Assembly (NCBI GenBank): GCA_039586365.1
Contig: JBDHKN010000104.1
Location: forward strand, 1 to 26,644
Direction: 5' to 3'
Origin: Gemmatimonadota bacterium
Lineage (GTDB): Bacteria > Gemmatimonadota > Gemmatimonadetes > Gemmatimonadales > GWC2-71-9
DNA: 26,644 nt
In this document: in pieces, positions 16,790 through 25,188 of the stretch
Position numbering within the stretch: position 1 is the first letter of the stretch
How the letters are laid out: each line of letters opens with the position of its first letter
Notes under the pieces: model-generated
What the model was told of the DNA's origin: nothing
The model's database searches: none
The model's input: the letters and a program-made list of their open reading frames with translations, nothing else
Program-made: the position numbers and the translations under genes

Positions 16790-19491
16790 CCGTGGCGCGA
16801 GTGCCGCTTCCCGTGCGCGTGTACGCGTGGATAGTCCGACGCTTCTTGCCGCGAGCTTTCCGTGAGCGTCACGGCGACCGGCTGGTGCAACTCTTCGGCG
16901 ACAACTGGCTAGTCGAGTCTCGCACCCGGCCTAAGCCAGCGATGGTGGCTCTGTTTCTGGTCGAGGTTTTGGCGCTTCTCGCCAACGCTGCGCGAGAGCA
17001 CGTTGCGGTTTGGCAACGTGTGTCTCCAAGCCGTCTGAACAGCTCCGATTGTGCGGGATTGGGAGAGAGGGTGAGGTGGATTCGGTTCCTGGCACGTGAT
17101 TTGAGACATGCCGCTCGCGCGCTGCGAAAACGACCAGGTTTCACGGCAATCGCAGTCGCGACCGTGGCCGTCGGCATCGGTGCCAACACGTCGGTGTTCG
17201 GCCTGCTCCACTCGGTCCTAATTCGCCCGTTGCCGTTTCCAGATTCAAATCGACTGTTGGTGGTCGACGCAACGGCGCCGGAGCGAGGAGTGGATGATAT
17301 GGGATTCTCCTACGCCGAATTGCTGGACTGGCAGGAGATGAATCGTGAGTTCGACGCGCTCGCCGGTTTCTACTACGCCGACCTGACCGTAAGCGGCGGC
17401 GATTCCCCGTTGCGTCTCAAGGGAACGCTGGTCTCCGCGAACTTTCTCGAAGTTCTCTCTGTCAGGCCGATGCTTGGCAGGGGCTTCCTACCGCGCGAGG
17501 AATCCCTGCACGCAGACCGCTCGATTCTGATCGGCGAGGGGCTGTGGCGGAGCCGGTTCGGTAGCGACCCGAACATTGTCGGTAGTAGCGTCACTGTCGG
17601 AGGTGAGTCTAGCACCATTGTGGGCGTCCTTCCTGCGCAGGTCACGTTCCCGGAGGCTTCTCAGATCTGGATGCCGTTCCGTTGGGACCCCGAGAACCCT
17701 CGCTATATGAGGGAGGCGAGGATGATCGGGCGCCTGCGGCCGGGCGCAACAACAGACCAGGCCTTGACCGATCTGCAGCGTATCGCCGCATTGCTGGCGG
17801 AGCGACACCCGGATACCAACGCCGGAGTCGGTGTTCGTGTCCGTTTGCTGCGCGAGGTTGTATTCGGGAATGACGGGGAACGGATTCTGATACTCTACGT
17901 CGTCGCGTCTCTGGTGCTACTGCTCGCTTGCGCCAATGTCGCGAGCCTGCTCCTCGTGCGGAACGACAGTCGTCGGCACGAACTCGCCATCAGATCATCC
18001 CTCGGCGCGGGACGCGGTCAGATCGTCCGCCTGCTACTCACCGAGAGCCTGTTGATGGCCGTGCTGGGTGGGGTATTGGGGATCGCCCTGGGGTGGTACG
18101 GTCGAGACTTCCTGCTCGCGATCCGGCCTCGAGAACTCCAGCCACTCTTTTTCCCCGAGATTCGCCCAGACTTCCTCTTTGTCACAGTTGCCATAGTGAC
18201 TGCTACCGGCGTGTTGTTCGGGCTACTTCCCAGCCTCACTGCAACCGGCGCCGGGTCAAGCGGGCTCGTGAGGAACACGGGTGGCGACGGAAAGTCCGGG
18301 TCGAAGCTGGGGCTAACTCTGGTCTCTGCCAATGTTGCGCTTGCACTTACGGTACTCGTTGGAGCCAGTCTGATGGTGAAGAGTGCCATGCGTCACGGGG
18401 CGCTGCATCCAGGTTTCGATCCTGACAACGTCGTCACCCTGCAGCTGCATCTCCCTGACGCTGACTGGACCGACCGCGCAAGACGGCGGACCTTCTTCGA
18501 AGAGGTCCTCACAGAGGTCCGTGCCATGCCGGAGGTCGAGAGCGCCTCTGTCATTACGGAGCTGGCGGCCGAGCCCAAGTCACAGAGATGGCGGATGCGG
18601 CAGGAGGGAACGGAGAGCTACGACCCGCGCGAAGTGCCGCTGGTCCTGACGGATGTCTGTGACAAAGGGTATTTCGAAACGATGGGAATCCCACTCCTTG
18701 CAGGAAGGGACTTCGCAGGTGCTGATCGCAGAGACGACACCCCTCAAGTCGTGATCGTCAACGTAGCACTCGCCCGCAGGTTCTGGCCCGGCGAAAACCC
18801 GATCGGAAAGAGAATCGGGTTAGGAGGGGGAACTCCGTCATCTGAAGACAGGTGGTACCGCGTGGTCGGGTTGGTGGGTGACACCTACAACAGCGGATGG
18901 GGTTCGCCGACCGAGCCGCAGGCGTTCTTCCCACTCGGCAAGATCACGCCATATGACTCGTACTTTACGGTCAGAACTGTGGGGAATGCCAAAGCCGTCC
19001 TCACTGCAATGAGGGAAAGGATCTGGTCGGTCAATCCCGACATTCCACTGTCCCGGATCCGTACCATGGAGCAAGTGGTCCGGCAGTCCAACTGGCACGT
19101 GAGCTTCAACTCCTGGGCCTTTTCCCTGTTCTCGGTGATCGCGCTCGTACTGGCGGCCACTGGCGTGTACGCCATAACAGCGCACACTGTGGCCCGCAGG
19201 TGGCGGGAATTCGCCATCCGGATCGCCGTAGGCGCCTGTTCCCGCGACGTGGATCGCCTAGTGCTCGGGCGAGGTGCACGGGCACTGGGTTCGGGAGTGG
19301 TTTTGGGATTATCCGTCTCGCTCGTCGGTGCTCGATTCCTTGGTGCAATGCTCTTCGGAGTGAGCCCAATGGATCTCGGTGTCTACGTGACCTCACTCGG
19401 GGTTTTGACAGTCGTGAGTCTATCGGCGGGTCTCGTGCCACTGATTCGTTTGCGCCGGCAGTCACTTATGGCGGTGCTTGGTGGGGAATGA
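16786..19491 (+). CDS. Duplicated MacB/FtsX-domain ABC permease (ADOP-like)
   Basis: Start at ATG16786 overlapping the padR stop (ATGA); FLPRAFRERHG, DLRHAARALRKRPGF, GIGANTSVF, LLLACANVASLLL, REFAIRIAVGA. Confidence 0.95.
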   Translation: MTVARVPLPVRVYAWIVRRFLPRAFRERHGDRLVQLFGDNWLVESRTRPKPAMVALFLVEVLALLANAAREHVAVWQRVSPSRLNSSDCAGLGERVRWIRFLARDLRHAARALRKRPGFTAIAVATVAVGIGANTSVFGLLHSVLIRPLPFPDSNRLLVVDATAPERGVDDMGFSYAELLDWQEMNREFDALAGFYYADLTVSGGDSPLRLKGTLVSANFLEVLSVRPMLGRGFLPREESLHADRSILIGEGLWRSRFGSDPNIVGSSVTVGGESSTIVGVLPAQVTFPEASQIWMPFRWDPENPRYMREARMIGRLRPGATTDQALTDLQRIAALLAERHPDTNAGVGVRVRLLREVVFGNDGERILILYVVASLVLLLACANVASLLLVRNDSRRHELAIRSSLGAGRGQIVRLLLTESLLMAVLGGVLGIALGWYGRDFLLAIRPRELQPLFFPEIRPDFLFVTVAIVTATGVLFGLLPSLTATGAGSSGLVRNTGGDGKSGSKLGLTLVSANVALALTVLVGASLMVKSAMRHGALHPGFDPDNVVTLQLHLPDADWTDRARRRTFFEEVLTEVRAMPEVESASVITELAAEPKSQRWRMRQEGTESYDPREVPLVLTDVCDKGYFETMGIPLLAGRDFAGADRRDDTPQVVIVNVALARRFWPGENPIGKRIGLGGGTPSSEDRWYRVVGLVGDTYNSGWGSPTEPQAFFPLGKITPYDSYFTVRTVGNAKAVLTAMRERIWSVNPDIPLSRIRTMEQVVRQSNWHVSFNSWAFSLFSVIALVLAATGVYAITAHTVARRWREFAIRIAVGACSRDVDRLVLGRGARALGSGVVLGLSVSLVGARFLGAMLFGVSPMDLGVYVTSLGVLTVVSLSAGLVPLIRLRRQSLMAVLGGE

Positions 19492-19564
19492 ACCCCAGCG
19501 ACACGACGTCATTTGATGTCCTTTGGTGTCAGTGCGTACCGATTTCGGCGGCAATGTCTGCGAC

Positions 19565-19651
19565 CTGAAAATCCTCGTGTCGGCGGTGGACGCCCCCTCC
19601 CCGCCGCAACCCCACTCGCGTCTGCTTCGCAACCAATTCCGTCCCTGGCCA
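19565..19651 (+). pseudogene. tRNA-Phe(GAA) 3' half interrupted in the T-loop, copy 2
   Basis: CT GAA AA TCCTC GTGTC GGCGG T [46 nt, 19588-19633] CAATT CCGTC CCTGGCC A. Confidence 0.88.
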
Positions 19652-19714
19652 TCCCAAAAGCCCCGTTCTGACGGGGCTTTCCCATCCCAAAAGCCCCGTT
19701 CTGACGGGGCTTTC
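19649..19714. terminator. Exact 33-nt tandem duplication giving two terminator hairpins
   Basis: CCATCCCAAAAGCCCCGTTCTGACGGGGCTTTC at 19649-19681 and 19682-19714. Confidence 0.9.
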
Positions 19715-19825
19715 GTCGTTTGTGTGCCTTGGCTTCACGGCCCGACAGCCCTCTGATGTGCGTTGATGTGCCTTGGGGGAACCTGGGCTGCGGGCTGCTC
19801 GTCGTGCGGCGCGGCCAGCCTTGCG

Positions 19826-20248
19826 CTAAGAACTACTGGTCAGCACGAAGCTCGCCACGTACTCACCAACCGGGATCGGCGTGACATCCTCAGGGTAGGG
19901 AACGAGACGCTCCAGGTGGAGCAGGAACGATCCAAGGTCGACCGCTTTCGGATCGAGCGTGGTGTGTAGCGTATCGGTCCGAGCGTCTACTTCGACCGAG
20001 GCAATCTCTACGACAACCGCACCATCCCCTTCCCACACGCACAGGATCAGCGCGTTACTCGGGCAGCGAGAATCCTCGCCGACCTCGACGAAGTGCAGCT
20101 CAAGACCCGCATCTTCGACTCGGGCCCATTCGCCCACCCTGAGTTGGAACGGCTGGTTCAGCTCTGCAGTCGCGGCGAAATCAGGGCCGGTAGCCGACGT
20201 ACAGCTCCACACGATCGCGACCAGTAGAAGATTCCACTTGGGTTGCAT
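19826..20248 (-). CDS. Conserved hypothetical lipoprotein (DSRCP...CVWEG motif)
   Basis: GGAAGGGAG RBS before ATG20248; MQPKWNLLLVAIVWSC signal/lipobox-like; F.L..GE, EDSRCP, CVWEG. Confidence 0.8.
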   Translation of the reverse strand: MQPKWNLLLVAIVWSCTSATGPDFAATAELNQPFQLRVGEWARVEDAGLELHFVEVGEDSRCPSNALILCVWEGDGAVVVEIASVEVDARTDTLHTTLDPKAVDLGSFLLHLERLVPYPEDVTPIPVGEYVASFVLTSSS

Positions 20249-20394
20249 GCGGCTCTGCTCCCTTCCATGTAGCACGGGCTGATTCTCGTCAATGATACCT
20301 CGTCGGTTAGGACGAGGTCACGTGGTAGTGTGCGACGGTCACGGGCAAGCAACTGTTAGCCGGTGTTGTGTTCTTTGAATCCCTGCGATCAGGT

Positions 20395-20562
20395 TGGCTC
20401 ACTCGGTTGCTCGGCAACATGCTGTACGGCGTGAATCCGATCGATGCGGTCACCTACGCGGGCGTGATCGCGTTGCTCGGCTGCGTCGCGTTGGCCGGGT
20501 GCTTTGCCCCAGCACTCACGGCGAGCCGCGTGCATCCAATGACAACGCTGCGACAGGAACAG
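20395..20562 (+). pseudogene. C-terminal fragment of a third ADOP-like permease
   Basis: WLTRLLGNMLYGVNPIDAVTYAGVIALLGCVALAGCFAPALTASRVHPMTTLRQE aligns by eye with the end of permease 1; CAG sits where the stop is expected. Confidence 0.85.
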
Positions 20563-20610
20563 TGTCCGGACCCCGCAGCACGGGGCAACGGTGGAGCAGA
20601 TGAATCAGCT

Positions 20611-20664
20611 CGCTGCGATCTCGATCTCGCGCAGGAACCGCTCCGGGCCGCCCGTGGCGGCCGA
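20611..20664 (-). pseudogene. Short remnant of a fifth Ser/Thr kinase gene (alphaC region)
   Basis: Minus strand SAATGGPERFLREIEIAA versus paralog LAAALGPERF.../ERFLREIRIAA. Confidence 0.7.
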
Positions 20665-20675
20665 GCGAACGTGTC

Positions 20676-20707
20676 TCCTTGGCCTTCCTTTGCCTTCCTT
20701 CGGCCTT
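20676..20707 (+). repeat. 10-bp phased TCCTTNGCCT triplet, copy 1
   Basis: TCCTTGGCCT TCCTTTGCCT TCCTTCGGCCTT. Confidence 0.7.
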
Positions 20708-21277
20708 GAGAATATGTGGGAATATTGAGATAGCTATCCGGGCGGGAGGGACTCGCGGAAGGCAGGGGGCAGGAGCCGCCGTTCCGAGGCACATTCAAAG
20801 CACATGGGTCCGGGAGCCGCGTGGCGACGGGCCTTCCGATACGGTTTGGGAACTGCTAGTCCTTGGCCCGTCAGAAATCTCGGTAAGAACAAGGCCTCTG
20901 GTCTCAACGGACCCGCCGCTAGTCTCACCTCGGTGTTGCGCTCCCGCCACTCTTGCCGTCCTCGGTATGAGATCACAACTTAGGGATGCGCTCTCAAGGC
21001 CACCGCGTGTACGGACCAACACGCCGGTGGCCTTTTGTGTCCCGCCGCCAGACAGACGTCGAGATAGACGCCGAAGTGTGACGCCGCAGTGCGACGCCCG
21101 CCCGACGACGAAGACCCAAGACCATCGACGTTGACACTAGACACGGGGACTCCTTCGCATGATGTCACGTGTCGTGGTTGACACAGACGCAATGGATTTC
21201 AAGATGGGCTCTGCGCACCGCGAGGCCCGTTTCTCTTTGTCCACTGCGATCCTCTCAAGGAGACAAGGAATAGCGTC

Positions 21278-22162
21278 GTGTTAACTGCAAGGAGAGTGAC
21301 GGACTCTGCCTCGGAGTATCTTCTCACGAGGTTCAAGAAGATTGGAGGCCTTCTTCCGGGTAAGTTGCGCGCTGAAATCGGCCACGCGTTGTACTGCCGT
21401 TCGGAGGCGCTGCGCTACGACAGAGTGGGCAAGTTCATCGAGGCTGAGCAGCTAACCTTCATGAATCCGGGTTACTTCGCGGGGCGGAATCCCGAGCAAG
21501 ATCTTGCCTGGGTTCGTCCCCCAGATAGTCCGTGGAAGTATCAACTGAACCTGGTCAAACGCGTGCTTTCGGGAATCGAAGTCGCAGGCCGGAGCGTGCT
21601 GGAGGTCGGCTCTGGACGCGGTGGACCGGCTTCGTTCGTCGCCCGGTATCTGAGCCCAGCGGCGATGGTCGGAGTCGACAGGTCAGTTGAATTAGTTGAA
21701 TGGTGCAACAATCGTCATCGCGACGTCGGCAATCTGCACTTCAAATGCGGTGACGCCATGGCGCTGCCGTTTCGCGACGGTGAATTCGATGTTGTCTTTT
21801 GTATTGACTCGTTTCATGCATACACGAAACCAAAGCGCTTCTTGCGGGAAGTCGGTCGCGTCCTTCGTGCAGGGGGCGCGTTATGTCTCGCAGACCACTG
21901 GGGCGCGAGTTGGGGAACGCCACTCTGGGAAACTGACCTGCTGCGGTGCGTTGACTTTAGCGATATAAGCCGAGGGTGTGCGAGAGCCATGGACCTGAAT
22001 AGGGACGTTGTGAGGGAGTTGTTCCTCTCCTGCAGGGATGGCCGCCCGGAGAATGAGCGCGAGCTGATGTCGCTCATAGGGATCTTCGACAAGATTGAAC
22101 GACGGCTTACGGCGGGTCAGAGGAGATTTCTGCTGTGGCAGTTTCGTCGCGTCGAAGCGTGA
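21278..22162 (+). CDS. Class I SAM-dependent methyltransferase
   Basis: VLEVGSGRGG motif I, GVD, GDAMALPF, FDVV, RVLRAGG; FMNPGY...YQLNL N-terminus reminiscent of mycobacterial lipid O-methyltransferases. Confidence 0.92.
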   Translation: MLTARRVTDSASEYLLTRFKKIGGLLPGKLRAEIGHALYCRSEALRYDRVGKFIEAEQLTFMNPGYFAGRNPEQDLAWVRPPDSPWKYQLNLVKRVLSGIEVAGRSVLEVGSGRGGPASFVARYLSPAAMVGVDRSVELVEWCNNRHRDVGNLHFKCGDAMALPFRDGEFDVVFCIDSFHAYTKPKRFLREVGRVLRAGGALCLADHWGASWGTPLWETDLLRCVDFSDISRGCARAMDLNRDVVRELFLSCRDGRPENERELMSLIGIFDKIERRLTAGQRRFLLWQFRRVEA

Positions 22163-22669
22163 GCTCTGGAAACTCCTTTTTCCTCGGACTTCGATGCGGT
22201 AGGGAGGACTCTTAATCCTCGGTCCGCCTAATGCCGTCGCCTACTACCTGGCCCGCACGAACTCCTGAAACGGCCGGTAGTCCCGCAGACTCCTCCACAC
22301 CGGTTCCCGACGATGGTTGCGCCCGAGAGTCATTCCCTCGAGGTGCGCCGACCGCAGGAGCCCCGCCGCGCGCTGACGGTCGCCAAGGGCGGCTGCGACG
22401 AGAGCGCGCCGGCGGGTCTGCACACCTCGCAGGAACGGGCGATCGCACCAGCTACCAGGACCTCTCGCGGGCTAAATCGCGGAACTGAAAAAGCCCCGCA
22501 TCAGGCTGCCGTCGATCGTTGGCTTGGTGGGTGCCGCGGGTATTCGCCCATTGCGGGCCTGCAAACATCGTTGTTCGCCGCGTACACGCGCAGCTGGTGG
22601 TGCAGCGACTGGCAAGCTCAAGGTTCCGGCTGGACTTGGGTACTCGGTCCAACATGTTACGAATATCTC

Positions 22670-22699
22670 TCCTTGGCTCTCCTTCGCCTTCCCTCGTCT
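22670..22699 (+). repeat. 10-bp phased TCCTTNGCCT-like triplet, copy 2
   Basis: TCCTTGGCTC TCCTTCGCCT TCCCTCGTCT. Confidence 0.6.
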
Positions 22700-22849
22700 T
22701 GGCATGGTGGGCAGGCTGTTCCGCCTGCCGGTCGGTCCAACAGGAGACCGGTGCCGCCGAACTTCGCCGTCACTAGATTGGTCAGCATCGCATTGACCCA
22801 ATTGTTCCGCCAGCCTAGCCGCCAAAACCGTACGACGGAGGATTCATCC

Positions 22850-24025
22850 ATGCAGCGCATCTCAACCCGCAGGCATCGCCACAACCGTTCGGGGTCGTGC
22901 CGTGGCTTGATCCACGTGTCCCTGACTGCTGTCCTGGTCCTCAGCGCCACGCTCGCAGGCAGTCGGGCTGTTGCCCAGGTCGCCCAGGAGCGGGTCTACC
23001 CAGGTGAGGAGTGGGAATATGTGTGGCGCAATCCGCAGGCCCTGGAAGCGTATGGCTGGTCGGCCGCCGGACTGCGTAGTGCCTGGGAGTTCATCCGAGA
23101 CAGCTCCAAAACCACCGGTCTTGTTGTGGTCGACCGCGGGCGCGTGGTCTTCCAGTTCGGCGATGTGGCTGAACTCTCCTACCTTGCCTCGTGCCGCAAG
23201 AGCATCCTGGCGATGCTGTACGGGAAGTACGTGGAGGACGGCACGATCGACTTGGAGAAGACCCTGGAGGAATTGGGTATGGATGATATCGGTGGTCTGC
23301 TGGACATCGAGAAGCAGGCGACCATCCACCACCTCATAACAGCCCGTTCAGGTGTCTACCACCCGGCCTCCAACAGCGGTGACAACCTGGCCGACGCTCC
23401 GGAGCGGGGGTCCCAGCAACCGGGGACGTACATGTTGTACAGCAACTGGGACTTCAACGCCGCTGGCGCCGTGTTCGAGCAGGAGACCGGGGTCGATATC
23501 TACGACGCGTTGGAGGAGCAACTGGCCGTTCCGCTGGACTTCCAAGACTGGGACCGGTCGGCCCAGCGGAAGAGCGGGAACTTGGAGATCTCGAGGAATC
23601 CTGCCTACCACATGTGGATTTCTACCCGCGACATGGCCCGGATCGGGTACCTCATGCTCCGGGAGGGTCAGTGGGGCGACAATCAGGTGATTTCCCGAGA
23701 TTGGGTCCGCCGCATCTCGAGCGTCGTGACCCCGTTGGAGGAGATGAACCCCATCAGCCGGAGGGATGGCTATTTCGGCTATGGCTACATGTGGTGGATC
23801 TGGGACGGTCCCCGAGCCGTCGGCCCGTTTGCAGGTGCGTACACCGCGCGGGGAGCTGTGGGACAGTGGATCACCGTTATGCCCGCAGTGGATCTGGTGA
23901 TTGCCCATAAGACCAACTCGGTGTACAGCCGGACCACGAGTTGGCAATCCTACGAGCGGTTCATGGAGTTGCTGCTCGAGTCCAAACACGGGGTGGAGCT
24001 GGAGGGACCGTATCCCTGGAGGTGA
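22850..24025 (+). CDS. Secreted serine hydrolase, beta-lactamase-related (class C/AmpC-like fold)
   Basis: GGAGG RBS before ATG22850; signal peptide; SCRK (SxxK), LITARSG, YSN, STRDMARIG, YGYMWW. Confidence 0.92.
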   Translation: MQRISTRRHRHNRSGSCRGLIHVSLTAVLVLSATLAGSRAVAQVAQERVYPGEEWEYVWRNPQALEAYGWSAAGLRSAWEFIRDSSKTTGLVVVDRGRVVFQFGDVAELSYLASCRKSILAMLYGKYVEDGTIDLEKTLEELGMDDIGGLLDIEKQATIHHLITARSGVYHPASNSGDNLADAPERGSQQPGTYMLYSNWDFNAAGAVFEQETGVDIYDALEEQLAVPLDFQDWDRSAQRKSGNLEISRNPAYHMWISTRDMARIGYLMLREGQWGDNQVISRDWVRRISSVVTPLEEMNPISRRDGYFGYGYMWWIWDGPRAVGPFAGAYTARGAVGQWITVMPAVDLVIAHKTNSVYSRTTSWQSYERFMELLLESKHGVELEGPYPWR

Positions 24026-24193
24026 AGGTCTGGGCATCTCAACCGGCAGGTGATACGTGGGAGGTGACGGAGTAGAGAACGAAAGCAACTAAAGCGAACA
24101 GTGCCGGCCGGCTTACCGGCGCTCGTATCAGGCGCATCCCACCCAACAGATGCGTAACTTCTCTCCGCCTGCCAACGATTCTGGAGCGTAGCT

Positions 24194-25018
24194 ATGTCTC
24201 AGAGCCCAGCCGAGCCGCTGACTGCGCGGCAACGCACACACGAAATCATCTTTGAGCACGACACGGCGGCCGGCAAAGCGTTCGACGTTGCACTCATCAT
24301 CGCCATCGTAACAAGCGTGATAGTCGTGATGCTCGAAAGCGTAACGACAGTGCGACTACAATACGGCCTCCTACTACGCGCCCTCGAGTGGGGATTCACG
24401 ATCCTGTTCACGGTTGAGTACGTCCTGCGGCTCTCGTGTGTGCCGCGCACGGCTCGCTACGCTCGCAGCTTCTTTGGGGTGGTAGATCTCTTGGCGATAC
24501 TCCCGACTTACTTGAGCCTCGTTATTCCCGGCGGCCAAGCCCTACTTTCGGTACGCGTGCTCCGTCTACTTCGGGTGTTCCGCGTGCTCAAGCTTGCCCA
24601 TTACGTCTCTGAGGCCGCGGTATTGATGCGTGCGCTCCGACAGAGCCGGGAGAAGATCACCGTGTTCATCGCTGCTGTGATCACTCTGGTGGTCATCATA
24701 GGCTCGTTGATGTACCTGGTAGAAGGAGAAGCGCACGGATTCACCAGCATCCCGCGGAGTGTGTATTGGGCAGTCGTGACTCTCACCACGGTCGGCTACG
24801 GGGACATTGCACCACAGACAAATATCGGGCAGGCGCTCGCTGCAGTTGTGATGATCATGGGGTACGCGATAATAGCGGTACCCACGGGCATCGTGACTGT
24901 TGAGCTCGGCAATGTGTCGCGCAGAGCAATGACGGAACGACAATGTTTCGAGTGTTCGTTGTCTTCGCACGACTCCGACGCGCGGCACTGCAAACGCTGT
25001 GGGGCACAGCTGTGGTAG
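24194..25018 (+). CDS. Voltage-gated potassium channel (6TM ion transporter) with C-terminal Cys/His motif
   Basis: TTVGYGD selectivity filter; S4 VRVLRLLRVFRVLKL; CFEC...HCKRCG. Confidence 0.95.
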   Translation: MSQSPAEPLTARQRTHEIIFEHDTAAGKAFDVALIIAIVTSVIVVMLESVTTVRLQYGLLLRALEWGFTILFTVEYVLRLSCVPRTARYARSFFGVVDLLAILPTYLSLVIPGGQALLSVRVLRLLRVFRVLKLAHYVSEAAVLMRALRQSREKITVFIAAVITLVVIIGSLMYLVEGEAHGFTSIPRSVYWAVVTLTTVGYGDIAPQTNIGQALAAVVMIMGYAIIAVPTGIVTVELGNVSRRAMTERQCFECSLSSHDSDARHCKRCGAQLW

Positions 25019-25188
25019 ACTCAGATCCATGAACCCGCTTGCGCTGCAAAGGGCCGGCGAGATGCCGGGGGCGTGTCAAGGAGTGGGTCGCGCTATTGCC
25101 GAACGCACTGGTTACGCGTAAGCTCGGTAGCCGCGTGGGGGTGCGGTCGTGCTCCCGCAACGATGGCCACCAACGTCAGCCAACGTAA

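Larger units (their letters stand above)
19495..19755 (+). repeat. Boundary repeat, part B (copy 2)
   Basis: Direct repeat of 15955-16183 beginning a few nt after the permease stop. Confidence 0.95.

Noticed and set aside
19588..19633. Group I or group II intron in the tRNA-Phe fragment
   Set aside because: Far too short, no GUGYG 5' end or recognisable catalytic core.
12381..19755. CRISPR array or DGR template/variable repeats
   Set aside because: Spacing is kilobases, no cas or reverse transcriptase gene, mismatches are not adenine-specific and the repeats are non-coding.
15922..19756. Small similar ORFs at 15922-16409 and 19523-19756 as a duplicated peptide gene
   Set aside because: Indels between the copies break the frames; the sequence is explained as tRNA fragment plus terminator.
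22313..22849. 179-aa N-terminal extension of the serine hydrolase in the ORF track
   Set aside because: Low-quality sequence crossing non-coding repeats; a GGAGG RBS and signal peptide support ATG22850.
22850..24025. Antibiotic-resistance beta-lactamase
   Set aside because: Has SxxK and YxN but ARG rather than KTG at the third motif position; generic serine hydrolase, activity not inferable.
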